Positions 18,654 to 28,853 are shown, counted from the stretch's first letter. The stretch: 64,000 nucleotides of DNA from Acidimicrobiia bacterium (GCA_051002015.1 JBPCMS010000078.1:1564-65563), one strand, 5' to 3'. The notes: generated by a model from the letters alone, not told the origin. Translations and numbers: made by a program.

Positions 18654-19376
18654 TCAGGACAACTCGTCGAGGTATCTGGGGAGCATCGCCCGCCACGTCG
18701 GCCAGTCGTGGGGCCAGGTCTCGTCCCACTGGTCGACCCGGTTGGGGATGTCCTTGGCGCCGAGGGCGTTGGCCATCTGCCAGGTTCGCTCCGGAAACTC
18801 CCAGGCTCCGCTCCCCGTGGCGAACAGGACAAACCGGGTGCGGAGCAGGTCGAGCTGCCATCCATTGAGGTCTGGGAGGAAATGCAGCGGCGACGAGTAG
18901 TAGAAGTCGTCGCTCCAATGCCCGTGGAGCCGGTCGGACAGGTCGTAGGTGCCGCTCATGCACAGCGCCGCCCGGAACAGATCGGGGTGTCTGGTCAGCA
19001 GCTCGACGGCCCAGAAGGCGCCAACGGACGCTCCGGCCGAGATCACGGTGATGCCTTCGTCGTTGCAGTCGGAGCGGATGGCAGGGACCACCTCCTCGGC
19101 GATGAAGCGGTCGAACTGGTTCTGCAGCCACATCGAGTGGCGGGGGTCGTCGCCCATCATCCACGACCGGCCCGAGATCGAGTCGACCGAGTACACCTTG
19201 ATCCGCCTGGCGGCGAGCAGGTCGGCCACCGAGCTGATGGCGTGGAACCGCTCCGCTTCCTCGGCGTCCCCCCCAGCGGTGGGAAAGAGCAGCACCGGGG
19301 TGCCGACGGTGCCCCACCGGGCCAGGGTGGCGTTCTGCTGGACCCGATCCGAATACCAGTACTCCACCGCCTTCAT
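18654..19376 (-). CDS. alpha/beta-hydrolase 'putative esterase' family protein
   Basis: 240 aa with a GASVGA nucleophile-elbow (GxSxG) motif and PVLLFPTAGGDAEE. ATGA overlap with the ATP-grasp gene stop. Confidence 0.7.
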   Translation of the reverse strand: MKAVEYWYSDRVQQNATLARWGTVGTPVLLFPTAGGDAEEAERFHAISSVADLLAARRIKVYSVDSISGRSWMMGDDPRHSMWLQNQFDRFIAEEVVPAIRSDCNDEGITVISAGASVGAFWAVELLTRHPDLFRAALCMSGTYDLSDRLHGHWSDDFYYSSPLHFLPDLNGWQLDLLRTRFVLFATGSGAWEFPERTWQMANALGAKDIPNRVDQWDETWPHDWPTWRAMLPRYLDELS

Positions 19377-20668
19377 GCCGTCCCCCCTTCGCCTTCCGCC
19401 GTCGACGACGCACCGGCGAGACGATCGGTCTCGGTGTGGCGCCAGAACTGGACGAGCCCGTAGAAGTGGTCGGTGAACTGGTCGACCTCGTGGGCGGGGA
19501 ACAGCGTCGCCACCTTGCGCCTGATGATCTCCCTGACCCGCTCGGTCCCGAAGTAGTCGAGGGCGACTTGGTCGAGATCGTCCAGGTTCTCGGCGCAGAA
19601 GCTCTCGAAGCGGTCGGCGTCGAGGCGTTCCCTGGAGAGGCGGCCCATCGCCGCCAGCCGCTCCTCCGGATCCTCGATGGCTTCGGCGATGTCGAAGTAG
19701 TCCCTCCAACCCAGGTCGTGGCGCATCTTGCGCTTGGTGGCGGCGCAGAACAGCGACCAGCGCAGCAGCGCCTTCACCAGCCAGGGCAGGTGGTAGTGCA
19801 GCGAGGTCACCTGCGAGTCGGGGTTGGCGTTGGCGAAGTCGATCGGATAGAACACCCCGTCCTTTCGCAGCGCCTCGCACGAGTTGAAGTCCCACCCGAA
19901 GAAGGTGTTGATGGTCAGGGTCAGGTTGGTCAGGTGGTCCCACTCGGCGCCGTCGACGAAGTTGAAGCCCACCTTGTAGCGGTCGTGGAGCGGGGCGTCA
20001 GGGTCGTAGCGGATGATGTTGATCTGGGGTCCGACGCCGAGGCAGCGCACGAACAGGTCGAAGGGGTGGACCGCCTTCTGGATGTGCATGATGCGCGAAC
20101 CGGACGACTCGTAGGCGGCGACCAGGGCGTCCCCGTCGTCGATCTTGCTCACCCCGACCCAGGCGCCGCCGTCGTACGGCTTCATGAACAGCGGGTAGCC
20201 CATCCGGTCCCCGAGCGCCTTCAGGTCGAACATCTGGGCGTAGCGGTGGAGGGTGACGTCGAGATCGGCCTCGAGCGGGTCGGTGCGGCGGTACTCCTTC
20301 GGGGGCAGCAGCCAGGTCTCGGGGACGTTCGCCCCCAGCCGCATCAGGGCGGCGTACGAGGTGTGCTTCTGCATCGCCTGCAGCGTGAATGGATTGTTGA
20401 GGACGTACAGGTCGTCCTTCACCACCGCCTTCTTGATCCATTCCCGGCTGGTGTGGTACCAGGGGGTGAGCCGGTCGAGCACCACGTCGTAGCTGACGGG
20501 CTGATCGAGGTCGAAGGGCTCGATGGTGATGCGATCGGTCTCGAAGTCGACGGTGTCGCCGTCGACGGTCACGACCGGGGCGAGCTGGGCGAGGATGTCC
20601 TCGTAGAACTGGGGCCAGCAGAGATCGGCGCCCAGGGAGAGGCCGATGCGTCGGGTGTGGTGGCTCAT
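19373..20668 (-). CDS. ATP-grasp-fold protein of unknown specificity (tentative)
   Basis: 431 aa. The central GYPLFMKPYDGGAWVGVSKIDDGDAL...IMHIQKAV resembles the ATP-grasp nucleotide-binding core. The call rests on motif resemblance only. Confidence 0.55.
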   Translation of the reverse strand: MSHHTRRIGLSLGADLCWPQFYEDILAQLAPVVTVDGDTVDFETDRITIEPFDLDQPVSYDVVLDRLTPWYHTSREWIKKAVVKDDLYVLNNPFTLQAMQKHTSYAALMRLGANVPETWLLPPKEYRRTDPLEADLDVTLHRYAQMFDLKALGDRMGYPLFMKPYDGGAWVGVSKIDDGDALVAAYESSGSRIMHIQKAVHPFDLFVRCLGVGPQINIIRYDPDAPLHDRYKVGFNFVDGAEWDHLTNLTLTINTFFGWDFNSCEALRKDGVFYPIDFANANPDSQVTSLHYHLPWLVKALLRWSLFCAATKRKMRHDLGWRDYFDIAEAIEDPEERLAAMGRLSRERLDADRFESFCAENLDDLDQVALDYFGTERVREIIRRKVATLFPAHEVDQFTDHFYGLVQFWRHTETDRLAGASSTAEGEGGTA

Positions 20669-20726
20669 AGCCCCAAGTTACTGCGCGGCCGCACCGGCCG
20701 GCAGCCGGCAAACGACCGACCATTGC

Positions 20727-21926
20727 TCATGGCAGCCCGGCGGGCAGCAGGTCCAGGAGCGCACCGCCCAGCAGGTTGCGCCAGCTCTGCCAATGGTGGC
20801 CGTCCGCCACCTCCTCGTATTGCACCGCCATCCCGGTGGCCTCGAGCACGATGCGGAAGGCCCGATTGTCGGCCACCAGCCCCTCGAAGGTCCCAACCGC
20901 CATCCACACCTGGTCGGATGGCTGTCCCGGGTTCTCGGTGAATGCCTTCATGAAGGCGATGACCGGCTCGAACAGCGGCCCACGGCGCATCGGTCCCCCG
21001 GTGGCGGTGACGAACGAGCCCGACAGCAGGATGGTCGAGGCGAAGGTTCCCGGGTGGTACCACGCCGTGGCCAGGCTGGCCACCGCCCCCAGGCTGCTGC
21101 CGCCGATGACCCGGAGTGCCGGGTCGTCGGTGGTGTGGAACCCGGTGGCGAGCCGGGGGAGCACGTCTTCCACCACGAAGTCGGCGTGGGTCTCCGAGGC
21201 GGTGTACTCCTCGCTGCGGTGGACCGGGTCGAGCAGGGCGACCACGGCGGGCCGCACCGCCCCGGCCCCGAACAGGTTGTCGAGCACCGTGGCCAGCGAG
21301 GCGTACTCCACCATGTCGCTGCCGTCGTGGAGCACCACCAGCGGGTAGGGGCCGTCATCGGGGAAGCAGGGTGGCAGGTACACCGACACCAGACGGCGGT
21401 CGCCGAAGGCGCTCTTCTCGATCTCGAATGCCTCGAGCGTCCCGGGGGCGCCGCCGTTCGGGTTCACCCAGCTCGGCTCGACGTAGCCGGGGGCGTGAGC
21501 GACCGAGTTCGACCCGAACGGGTCCGATGCGGTGCGGCGGTTGAGGGGGTCGAGGATGCGGTCGGTGCGGTCGATGCCCACCACCTCGAGCTTGTACTCG
21601 ACCCGGCTCCCGGGGGGCAGCGCGACCGTGACGTGCCACAGATCGCTGTCTTCGACTCGCTCCATCGGGGGGAACTCGGGGAACCGCGCCATGAAATGGA
21701 CGACATCCACCGACTCGGCGTCCCCGACGTAGGCAAAGGTGGTGGCGCCGTCGACGGTGTAGGGGGCTCCGGCCCTGGCGATGCGGCGCCGCAGGTAGGC
21801 GGGCGCCATGTTGCGGGCGGCGATGGCGAGCATGTCGGGAAGGGGAAGCGGGGTGAGGGCTGCCATTGCCGGCGGGAGGCTAGCGGCGCCGTTTCCCCTC
21901 GCCATCGATCCAATGCGGGCTACCAT
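20727..21926 (-). CDS. enterochelin-esterase-like (Fes/esterase family) alpha/beta hydrolase with an N-terminal beta-sandwich domain
   Basis: [15 protein letters not shown]...[17 protein letters not shown] (N-domain), [15 protein letters not shown] (GxSxG). The start is uncertain: ATGs at 21926, 21905 and 21866 are all in frame. Confidence 0.7.
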   Translation of the reverse strand: MVARIGSMARGNGAASLPPAMAALTPLPLPDMLAIAARNMAPAYLRRRIARAGAPYTVDGATTFAYVGDAESVDVVHFMARFPEFPPMERVEDSDLWHVTVALPPGSRVEYKLEVVGIDRTDRILDPLNRRTASDPFGSNSVAHAPGYVEPSWVNPNGGAPGTLEAFEIEKSAFGDRRLVSVYLPPCFPDDGPYPLVVLHDGSDMVEYASLATVLDNLFGAGAVRPAVVALLDPVHRSEEYTASETHADFVVEDVLPRLATGFHTTDDPALRVIGGSSLGAVASLATAWYHPGTFASTILLSGSFVTATGGPMRRGPLFEPVIAFMKAFTENPGQPSDQVWMAVGTFEGLVADNRAFRIVLEATGMAVQYEEVADGHHWQSWRNLLGGALLDLLPAGLP

Positions 21927-22159
21927 CAGGGCGTCTCGACCCGTCGAGCCGACGTTCCGAGGGAGCGCTGGTTCAATTCGTGCGCGATTTGCCCGGATAT
22001 CCGAGCGGGGCCTATCATCATGGCCTGGTTCCCTTCGGGTGCCAGGCTTTTCCATGGGAGCGACCGCTGGCGCCCAACGTCGCCTCCGAGGCCGCGATGA
22101 GGGGTCGGACCGCTTCCGGACCGCAGTTCCGGAGGTCGAAACGCGACAGGTTCAGGGGT

Positions 22160-22273
22160 ATGAAGGTCTCAGCGTCCGCCAAGAAGATGTGTGAGAAGTG
22201 CCGGATCATCCGGAGACACGGTCGTGTCTGGGTGATCTGCTCCAACCCACGTCACAAGCAGCGTCAGGGGTAA
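22160..22273 (+). CDS. rpmJ: 50S ribosomal protein L36 (zinc form)
   Basis: [37 protein letters not shown]. Confidence 0.97.
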   Translation: MKVSASAKKMCEKCRIIRRHGRVWVICSNPRHKQRQG

Positions 22274-22276
22274 TCG

Positions 22277-22654
22277 ATGGCTCGTATCGCCGGAACCGAT
22301 CTTCCCAGGGACAAGCGGGTCGAGATCGGGCTCACCTACATCTTCGGGGTGGGCAGGACCACATCGCAGCGGATGCTCACCGATCTCGACATCGACGTCG
22401 ACACCAAGGTGCGCGATCTCACCGACGCCGAGGTGGTCAAGATCCGCCAGTACGTCGACTCGAACCTCACCGTCGAGGGCGACCTGCGACGGGACGTCGC
22501 CCAGAACATCAAGCGCAAGATCGAGATCGGCAGCTACCAGGGGCTGCGCCACCGGCGCGGCCTCCCGGTGCGCGGGCAGCGCACCCACACCAACGCCCGT
22601 ACCCGCAAGGGTAAGGCGGCCCCGGTTGCGGGGAAGAAGAAGGTCGGCAAGTAG
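22277..22654 (+). CDS. rpsM: 30S ribosomal protein S13
   Basis: [31 protein letters not shown]...[24 protein letters not shown]. Confidence 0.98.
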   Translation: MARIAGTDLPRDKRVEIGLTYIFGVGRTTSQRMLTDLDIDVDTKVRDLTDAEVVKIRQYVDSNLTVEGDLRRDVAQNIKRKIEIGSYQGLRHRRGLPVRGQRTHTNARTRKGKAAPVAGKKKVGK

Positions 22655-22669
22655 GTCTAGAGGTAACAC

Positions 22670-23062
22670 GTGGCCAAGCAGCAGCGCACCCCGGGCAGGA
22701 GGCGGATCAAGCGGACCATTCCGCATGGTCAGGCGCACATCCGCGCCACCTTCAACAACACCATCATCTCCATCTCCGACCAGGACGGTGGCGTGGTGGC
22801 GTGGACGTCCGGCGGATCGGTCGGGTTCAAGGGATCGAGGAAGTCGACCCCGTACGCCGCCCAGGTCGCCGCCGAGCAGGCCGCCCGCCGCGCCGGCGAG
22901 ATGGGGATCCGCAAGCTGGACGTCATCGTGCGTGGCTCGGGCTCGGGTCGCGACACCGCCATCCGCACCCTGCAGAACATGGGTATCGAGGTGACCGGGG
23001 TCAAGGACGTCACCCCCAACCCGCACAATGGCTGCCGGCCCAAGAAGCGCAAGGGCCGCTGA
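22670..23062 (+). CDS. rpsK: 30S ribosomal protein S11
   Basis: [21 protein letters not shown]...[14 protein letters not shown]...[16 protein letters not shown] start. Confidence 0.97.
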   Translation: MAKQQRTPGRRRIKRTIPHGQAHIRATFNNTIISISDQDGGVVAWTSGGSVGFKGSRKSTPYAAQVAAEQAARRAGEMGIRKLDVIVRGSGSGRDTAIRTLQNMGIEVTGVKDVTPNPHNGCRPKKRKGR

Positions 23063-23667
23063 TGGCTCGCTACACCGGACCCAGGACCAAGGTCAGCCGC
23101 CGCGCCCGCCAGCTCCTCGACGAGAACAAGGCCAAGTACTTCGACAAGCGGCCCTATCCGCCCGGCCAGCACGGCCGGGGCAGGATCCGCGAGTCCCAGT
23201 ACCAGATCCAGCTGCGCGAGAAGCAGAAGCTGCGCTTCATGTACGGCGTGCTCGAGCGTCAGTTCCGGCGCTACTACGAGCTCGCCGCCCGCCAGAAGGG
23301 CATCACCGGCGAGAACCTGCTCCGCCTGCTCGAGACCAGGCTCGACAACGTCGTGTACCGGGCGGGCTTCGCCCACACCCGCCCCCAGGCCAGGCAGCTG
23401 GTCAACCACAGCCACTTCCTGGTGAACGGCAGGAAGGTCGACATCCCCTCGTACCGGGTCGGCCAGGGCGACATCATCACCATGAGGGAGCGCAGCCGGA
23501 ACATCCTCCCCATCCAGCACGCCGTCGACATGGTCGACCGCCAGGTGCCGGAATGGCTGGTGGTCGACAAGGCCGATCGCAGGGCCACCGTCACGGTGCT
23601 GCCCAGCCGCCAGCAGATCGACACCCAGATCCTAGAGCAGCTCATCGTCGAGCTCTACTCCAAGTAA
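23062..23667 (+). CDS. rpsD: 30S ribosomal protein S4
   Basis: [14 protein letters not shown]...YQIQLREKQKLRFMYGVLERQFRRYY...RLDNVVYRAGFA. Confidence 0.97.
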   Translation: MARYTGPRTKVSRRARQLLDENKAKYFDKRPYPPGQHGRGRIRESQYQIQLREKQKLRFMYGVLERQFRRYYELAARQKGITGENLLRLLETRLDNVVYRAGFAHTRPQARQLVNHSHFLVNGRKVDIPSYRVGQGDIITMRERSRNILPIQHAVDMVDRQVPEWLVVDKADRRATVTVLPSRQQIDTQILEQLIVELYSK

Positions 23668-23717
23668 CCGTCAGCTCTCCCTCTCCCTTTCCCTTTCCCG
23701 AGACCCGAGGAGCGTCC

Positions 23718-24668
23718 GTGCTCATCGTCCAGCGCCCCACCATCGAATCCGAAACGATCACCGAGGATCGTGCTCGGTTCATCGTCCAGCCGCTCGAGCC
23801 CGGCTTCGGCTACACGCTCGGCAACACGCTGCGGCGGACGTTGCTGGCGCGCATCCCCGGCGCCGCCATCACCTCGGTACGGATCGAGGGGGTCCAGCAC
23901 GAGTTCTCCACCATGGATGGCGTGGTCGAGGACGTGGTCGACTTCATCCTCAACCTCAAGCAGGTCGTGCTGCGGATGGAGACCGATTCGGCAACCCTGT
24001 ACCTGTCGGCCCGGGGCAAGACCGATGTGTCCGCCGCCGATCTGAAGGTCCCGGCCGGGGTCGAGGTGGTCAACGGTGACCTCCACCTCGCCAGCCTCTC
24101 CTCGTCCGGCCGCCTCGAGGTCGAGCTGACCGCCGACCGCGGCGTCGGCTACCGCAGCGCCGACCGCGGCCGCTCCGGCGAGAAGATCGGCGTGATCCCG
24201 ATCGACGCCATCTACTCGCCGGTGCGCAAGGTCGCCTACAAGGTGGAGAGCACCCAGGTGGGCATGATGACCGATTTCGACCGGCTGGTGCTCGACGTCG
24301 AGAGCGACGGCTCGGTGACCCCGAGCGAGGCGATCTCGTCGGCAGGCAAGACGCTCCGTGAGCTGTTCGGGCTGTTCGCAGACGTCGACGATTACAGCGG
24401 GCTCCCCCTGGGTGACGTCGTCATCGCCGACATGGGCTCTCCCGATCTCGAGCTGCCCATCGAGGCGCTCGATCTCACCGAGCGGCCCCGCAACTGTCTG
24501 CGCCGGGCCCAGATCCATTCCGTCGGCGAGCTGGTGGAGAAGACCGAGGACGATCTCCTCAATATCACCAACTTCGGGCAGAAGAGCCTCGAGGAGGTCG
24601 TGGCCAAGCTCGACGAGCTCGGGCTGTCGCTGCGCACCGGTACCGACAGCGAAGGCGGGGTCATCTGA
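23718..24668 (+). CDS. rpoA: DNA-directed RNA polymerase subunit alpha
   Basis: (GTG)LIVQRPTIE...[45 protein letters not shown]...[31 protein letters not shown]. Confidence 0.97.
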   Translation: MLIVQRPTIESETITEDRARFIVQPLEPGFGYTLGNTLRRTLLARIPGAAITSVRIEGVQHEFSTMDGVVEDVVDFILNLKQVVLRMETDSATLYLSARGKTDVSAADLKVPAGVEVVNGDLHLASLSSSGRLEVELTADRGVGYRSADRGRSGEKIGVIPIDAIYSPVRKVAYKVESTQVGMMTDFDRLVLDVESDGSVTPSEAISSAGKTLRELFGLFADVDDYSGLPLGDVVIADMGSPDLELPIEALDLTERPRNCLRRAQIHSVGELVEKTEDDLLNITNFGQKSLEEVVAKLDELGLSLRTGTDSEGGVI

Positions 24669-25018
24669 TGCCCACCCCCAAGAAGGGCCCCCGCCTCGGG
24701 GGCAGCCCCTCCCATCAGCGGAAGATCCTGGCCAACCTGGCCGCCTCGCTGATCGTGGAGGAGCGGATCACCACCACCGAGGCCAAAGCCAAGATGCTCC
24801 GCCCCTACGTGGAGAAGATCATCACCAAGGCCCGACGCGGCGATCTGCACGCCAGGCGCACCGTGATGCGCCGGATCACCGATCAAGAGGTGGTCACCAA
24901 GCTGTTCGACGACGTCGCTCCCCGCTACGCCAACCGCCCCGGTGGCTACACCCGGGTGGTCAAGCTGGGCCCCCGTCGCGGCGACGGCGCCGAGATGGCG
25001 GTCATCGAGCTGGTCTGA
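24668..25018 (+). CDS. rplQ: 50S ribosomal protein L17
   Basis: [42 protein letters not shown]. Confidence 0.97.
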   Translation: MPTPKKGPRLGGSPSHQRKILANLAASLIVEERITTTEAKAKMLRPYVEKIITKARRGDLHARRTVMRRITDQEVVTKLFDDVAPRYANRPGGYTRVVKLGPRRGDGAEMAVIELV

Positions 25019-25184
25019 CGGTCCCGGCGCATCCCCCCCACCCGTCGGCGACTCGCCAGGCCCGGTCGAGCGGGAGCGAACCAGGGGCTAACCCGGAGTG
25101 GTCGATGCTTCGCCCGCCTCAAGCTGCTCCGGGGTGGCCGGTATGCTCGCCGTCCGATCGAGAGGTGGGCGCTTGGGCGAGACG

Positions 25185-25703
25185 ATGAGACGGCTGGGTG
25201 AGGCACTGTCGCTGAGGCGCGAGGCGTTCGTGTGGATGGACCTGAACGACCGGGCAACCGGGGACGCCCTCATCCTCGTCGTCCTCACCCGGCTGCTCAT
25301 CATGCTCGGGCTCGGATTCGGGTTGCTCGGGCTGGCCACCAGCGCCTCGGGGCTCGACGTGCTGTTCAGGTCGCTGCTCAATGCCGCCGTCTTCTGGCTC
25401 GTCTACAGCGGCATCACCTATGCCGTCTCCCGGTACCTGCTCGAAGGGGACGGCAGCTTCGCCACCATCCTGCGCATCACCGGGTTCGCCTACCCCACGC
25501 TGCTGCTCACCCTGGTCACCATCCGGATCTTCGACAACGGGATCATCGCCTTCGTCGTCGCCTCCATCTGGTTCCTCCTGGTGGTGGCCCACGGGGTGCG
25601 CTACGAGAGCGATCTGCCGATCGAGCGCGCCGCCCTGGCCGCCGGGCTCGGGCTGGTGGGGTGGATGGTGGTCGCCTCGATCCTCGGCTACGGGCTGGTC
25701 TGA
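25185..25703 (+). CDS. multi-pass integral membrane protein (Yip1-like, tentative)
   Basis: About 5 hydrophobic spans. The ATG at 25185 is preferred over the ORF-track start at 25098. The product name is a guess from topology and size. Confidence 0.55.
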   Translation: MRRLGEALSLRREAFVWMDLNDRATGDALILVVLTRLLIMLGLGFGLLGLATSASGLDVLFRSLLNAAVFWLVYSGITYAVSRYLLEGDGSFATILRITGFAYPTLLLTLVTIRIFDNGIIAFVVASIWFLLVVAHGVRYESDLPIERAALAAGLGLVGWMVVASILGYGLV

Positions 25704-25732
25704 CCGGTGGCGGCCGGGTGACGGGGGCCGGC

Positions 25733-26485
25733 ATGACCACCTGGCGGATCGACCTCGCCTACGACGGGACCGGCTTCCACGGCTACGCCCGCCAGCAGGC
25801 GGTGCGCACCGTCCAGGGTGAGCTGGAGACGGCGCTCGAGCCGTTCACCGGGCCGGTGCCGACCTTTGTCGCCGGGCGCACCGACCGCGGGGTCCACGCC
25901 ACCGGGCAGGTGGTCAGCTTCGCCACCGAGACACCCATCGACCCGGTCAGGGTGGTGCGGTCGCTCAACCGCCGGCTGGGCCCCGAGATCGCGGTCAAGC
26001 GGCTGGTGGCGGCTGCCGACGGCTTCCATGCCCGGTTCTCGGCGGTGGGTAGGGCCTATGAGTACCTGATCCTCGACGGCGAGGTTCCCGACCCGTTCCT
26101 GTCCAGCATCTCGTGGCACCTCGGCCATGCGCTCGACGTCGACGCCATGGACGAGGCCGCCGCCGCCCTGATCGGCGAGCACGATTTCGCCGCCTTCTGT
26201 CGCCGTGCCGAGCAGCGGAGCACGATCCGTCTGGTGCGCACCGCCCGCTGGGAGCGGCGGCGCCCCGATCTGGTGGTGTTCACCATCGAGGCATCCTCGT
26301 TCTGCCACCAGATGGTCCGCTCGGTGGTGGCCAGCTGCGCCCGGATCGGTCGTGGGGCGGCATCACCGGGCTCGATGGCCGACGTGATCGCCTCCCGGGA
26401 CCGGTCCCTCACCGCGGGGCCGGCCCCACCTCACGGGCTCACCCTGGTCAGGATCGACTACCCCGCAGACCTTCCCGAACCTTAG
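25733..26485 (+). CDS. truA: tRNA pseudouridine(38-40) synthase
   Basis: MTTWRIDLAYDGTGFHGYARQ...VAGRTDRGVHATGQVVSF...HDFAAFC. Confidence 0.93.
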   Translation: MTTWRIDLAYDGTGFHGYARQQAVRTVQGELETALEPFTGPVPTFVAGRTDRGVHATGQVVSFATETPIDPVRVVRSLNRRLGPEIAVKRLVAAADGFHARFSAVGRAYEYLILDGEVPDPFLSSISWHLGHALDVDAMDEAAAALIGEHDFAAFCRRAEQRSTIRLVRTARWERRRPDLVVFTIEASSFCHQMVRSVVASCARIGRGAASPGSMADVIASRDRSLTAGPAPPHGLTLVRIDYPADLPEP

Positions 26486-26528
26486 GTTCTGCGTACCCCT
26501 GGCGAGTACCAATCCGCTGAAGTTCGGG
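26477..26528 (+). promoter_or_regulatory. conserved bipartite element GAACCTTAGGTT-N23-ATCCGCTGAAGTTCGGG (copy 1, upstream of rplM); promoter or RNA leader of unknown type
   Basis: The identical 12-mer and 17-mer occur at identical 23-nt spacing at 57158-57209. An internal TGGCG is also conserved. Confidence 0.5.
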
Positions 26529-26656
26529 GGGTGGCGGCTGCGGACGGATGCCGACGGTCCGAAGGATTGGCGGGAGAAGGCCCGTGGGGGGTAGCATGCG
26601 CCCGCTTCCGGTCCCTCCGGGAGCTCTCCCTTGTCCGAGGACCGGTCAGACTCGCC

Positions 26657-27118
26657 ATGAAGCCAAAGCTGCAGAGGACGTATTCGCCCAAGGCGGCGGA
26701 GCTCGAGCACCGTTGGTACGTCGTCGACGCCACCGACGTCCCCCTGGGGCGGCTCGCCTCCGGCGTCGCCACCATCATCCGGGGCAAGCACAAGCCGACG
26801 TATGCCCCGCACATGGACGGGGGCGACTACGTGGTGGTGATCAACGCCGAGAAGGTGGCCGCCACCGGCAGCAAGGAGACCCAGAAGATGTACTACCGCC
26901 ACTCGGGCTACCCGGGCGGTCTGCGCCAGATGACGCTCGGGCAGATGCGAGAGCGGTACCCGGAACGGATCATCGAATCGGCGGTGCGGGGCATGCTCCC
27001 CAAGAACAAGCTGGGCCGCGCCATGTTCACCAAGCTCAAGGTCTACGCAGGCGGCGAGCACCCCCACGCCGCTCAGGCACCCGAAGCACTCACGATAGGA
27101 AAGGAACGGGTCCGATGA
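26657..27118 (+). CDS. rplM: 50S ribosomal protein L13
   Basis: [61 protein letters not shown]. Confidence 0.96.
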   Translation: MKPKLQRTYSPKAAELEHRWYVVDATDVPLGRLASGVATIIRGKHKPTYAPHMDGGDYVVVINAEKVAATGSKETQKMYYRHSGYPGGLRQMTLGQMRERYPERIIESAVRGMLPKNKLGRAMFTKLKVYAGGEHPHAAQAPEALTIGKERVR

Positions 27119-27507
27119 CGCAGCCATTGGCGCAGGGCACGGGTCGCCGCAAGAGCTCGGTCGCCCGCGTCAGGCTCTACGACGGGACCGGGGTGTTCGA
27201 GCTCAACGGGCGCACCCTCGAGGATTACTTCCCCCAGGCGGCGCTGCGTCTGCGTGCCCTCGAGCCGCTGCGAACCGTCGACATGGAGGGGCGTTTCGAC
27301 GTCAAGGCCACGATCGAGGGTGGCGGTTTCACCGGCCAGACCGACGCCCTGCGTCTCGGCATCGCCCGGGCGCTGATCGTCGTCGATCCCGAGCTTCGCC
27401 CCGCCCTGAAGAGCGAGGGTCTGCTCACCCGCGATGCACGGCGGGTGGAGCGCAAGAAGTACGGGCTGCGCAAGGCCCGCAGGGCCCCGCAGTTCACCAA
27501 GCGCTGA
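27115..27507 (+). CDS. rpsI: 30S ribosomal protein S9
   Basis: [19 protein letters not shown]...[19 protein letters not shown]...[18 protein letters not shown]. Confidence 0.97.
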   Translation: MTQPLAQGTGRRKSSVARVRLYDGTGVFELNGRTLEDYFPQAALRLRALEPLRTVDMEGRFDVKATIEGGGFTGQTDALRLGIARALIVVDPELRPALKSEGLLTRDARRVERKKYGLRKARRAPQFTKR

Positions 27508-27536
27508 ACCTGCCGCGCCACGACCGCCCGCCGACC

Positions 27537-28853
27537 GTGACCTCCGACCGCCTGTTCGGAACCGACGGGGTCAGAGGTGTCGCCAACACCGAGCTCAACC
27601 CGCAGCTCGCCTTCGATCTGGCGCGGGCGACGGCGGGCTCGGTCGCCGGGGTGGTCCTCATCGGAAGGGACACCCGCCGCTCGGGGCCGATGCTCACCGC
27701 CGCCCTCCACGCCGGGTTCACCTCGGTGGGCCTCGACACCGTCGACCTCGGGGTGCTCCCCGTGGGCGGCGTCGCCCGGCTCACCATGACCGAGGGGGCG
27801 GCGCTCGGGGTGATGGTCAGCGCCTCGCACAACCCCGCCGCCGACAACGGGGTCAAGCTCATCGGCCCCAACGGGAACAAGCTCCCCGACGCCGAGGAGG
27901 ATGCGATCACCGCCCGGTTCATGGCGGGCGGGCCGTACCCTCAGCCGACCGGCGCCGGTGTGGGTTCGATCACCATCATGGACGACGCCCTCTCCCGCTA
28001 CGTGGACCAGCTCGCCACCGAGCACGGGGTCGCCCTCGACGGGATGGAGATCGTGCTCGACTGCGCCAACGGGGCGGCCTCGGTGGCCGCCCCCGAGCTG
28101 TTCGGCAGGCTCGGTGCCAGGGTCCAGGTCCACGCCGCCCATCCGGACGGCCTCAACATCAACGACGGGGTGGGGGCCACCCATCCCGAGACCCTCGCCG
28201 GCCTGGTCGACGGGCGGGTCGGCTTCTGCTTCGACGGCGACGCCGACCGCTTCATCGCCATCGACGAGGACGGGGCGGTGGCCAACGGTGACGTGGTCAT
28301 CGCCGTGCTCGCCAACCACCTCAAGTCCACAGGGCAGCTCGCCGGCAACCGGGTGGTCACCACCGTGATGGCCAACCTCGGCTTCATCCATGCCATGCAG
28401 GCCATGGGCATCGAGGTGACGCAGACCAAGGTGGGCGACCGCTACGTCCTCGAGCAGATGCAGCGGGTCGGCGCCGTGCTCGGCGGCGAGCAGTCCGGCC
28501 ACGTCATCCTCGAGGACAGGGTGAGCGGCGACGGTCTCCGCACCGCCCTCCGTCTCACCGAGGTGATGGCGGGGACCGGGCAGGAGCTTCGCCGGCTGCG
28601 CCGCGTCATCACCGAGTTCCCCCAGGTGCTGATCAATGTCAGGGTGGCCGACCGCAACGGGCTGGCGGGCGCCGCCGAGGTGTGGGCTGCGGTCAAGGAC
28701 GCCGAAACCACGCTGGGCGACGACGGACGGGTGCTGGTTCGCGCCTCGGGGACCGAGCCGCTGGTTCGGGTGATGGTCGAGGCGCCCACCATCGACGGCG
28801 CCGACCGGCTGGCCCGGTCGCTGGTCGAGGTCGTTGCCGCAACGCTGGGGTGA
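27537..28853 (+). CDS. glmM: phosphoglucosamine mutase
   Basis: (GTG)TSDRLFGTDGVRGVAN...VMVSASHNPAADNGVKL...GFCFDGDADR. Confidence 0.95.
   Translation: MTSDRLFGTDGVRGVANTELNPQLAFDLARATAGSVAGVVLIGRDTRRSGPMLTAALHAGFTSVGLDTVDLGVLPVGGVARLTMTEGAALGVMVSASHNPAADNGVKLIGPNGNKLPDAEEDAITARFMAGGPYPQPTGAGVGSITIMDDALSRYVDQLATEHGVALDGMEIVLDCANGAASVAAPELFGRLGARVQVHAAHPDGLNINDGVGATHPETLAGLVDGRVGFCFDGDADRFIAIDEDGAVANGDVVIAVLANHLKSTGQLAGNRVVTTVMANLGFIHAMQAMGIEVTQTKVGDRYVLEQMQRVGAVLGGEQSGHVILEDRVSGDGLRTALRLTEVMAGTGQELRRLRRVITEFPQVLINVRVADRNGLAGAAEVWAAVKDAETTLGDDGRVLVRASGTEPLVRVMVEAPTIDGADRLARSLVEVVAATLG

Noticed and set aside
26477-26488. The GAACC in the conserved 12-mer could be an ECF-sigma -35 (GGAAC) box.
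   Set aside because: No CGT-type -10 lies at the 16-17 nt spacing in copy 1 (CCTGG) and only a weak one in copy 2 (CGTGG). The perfectly conserved part lies further downstream, which does not fit an ECF promoter.
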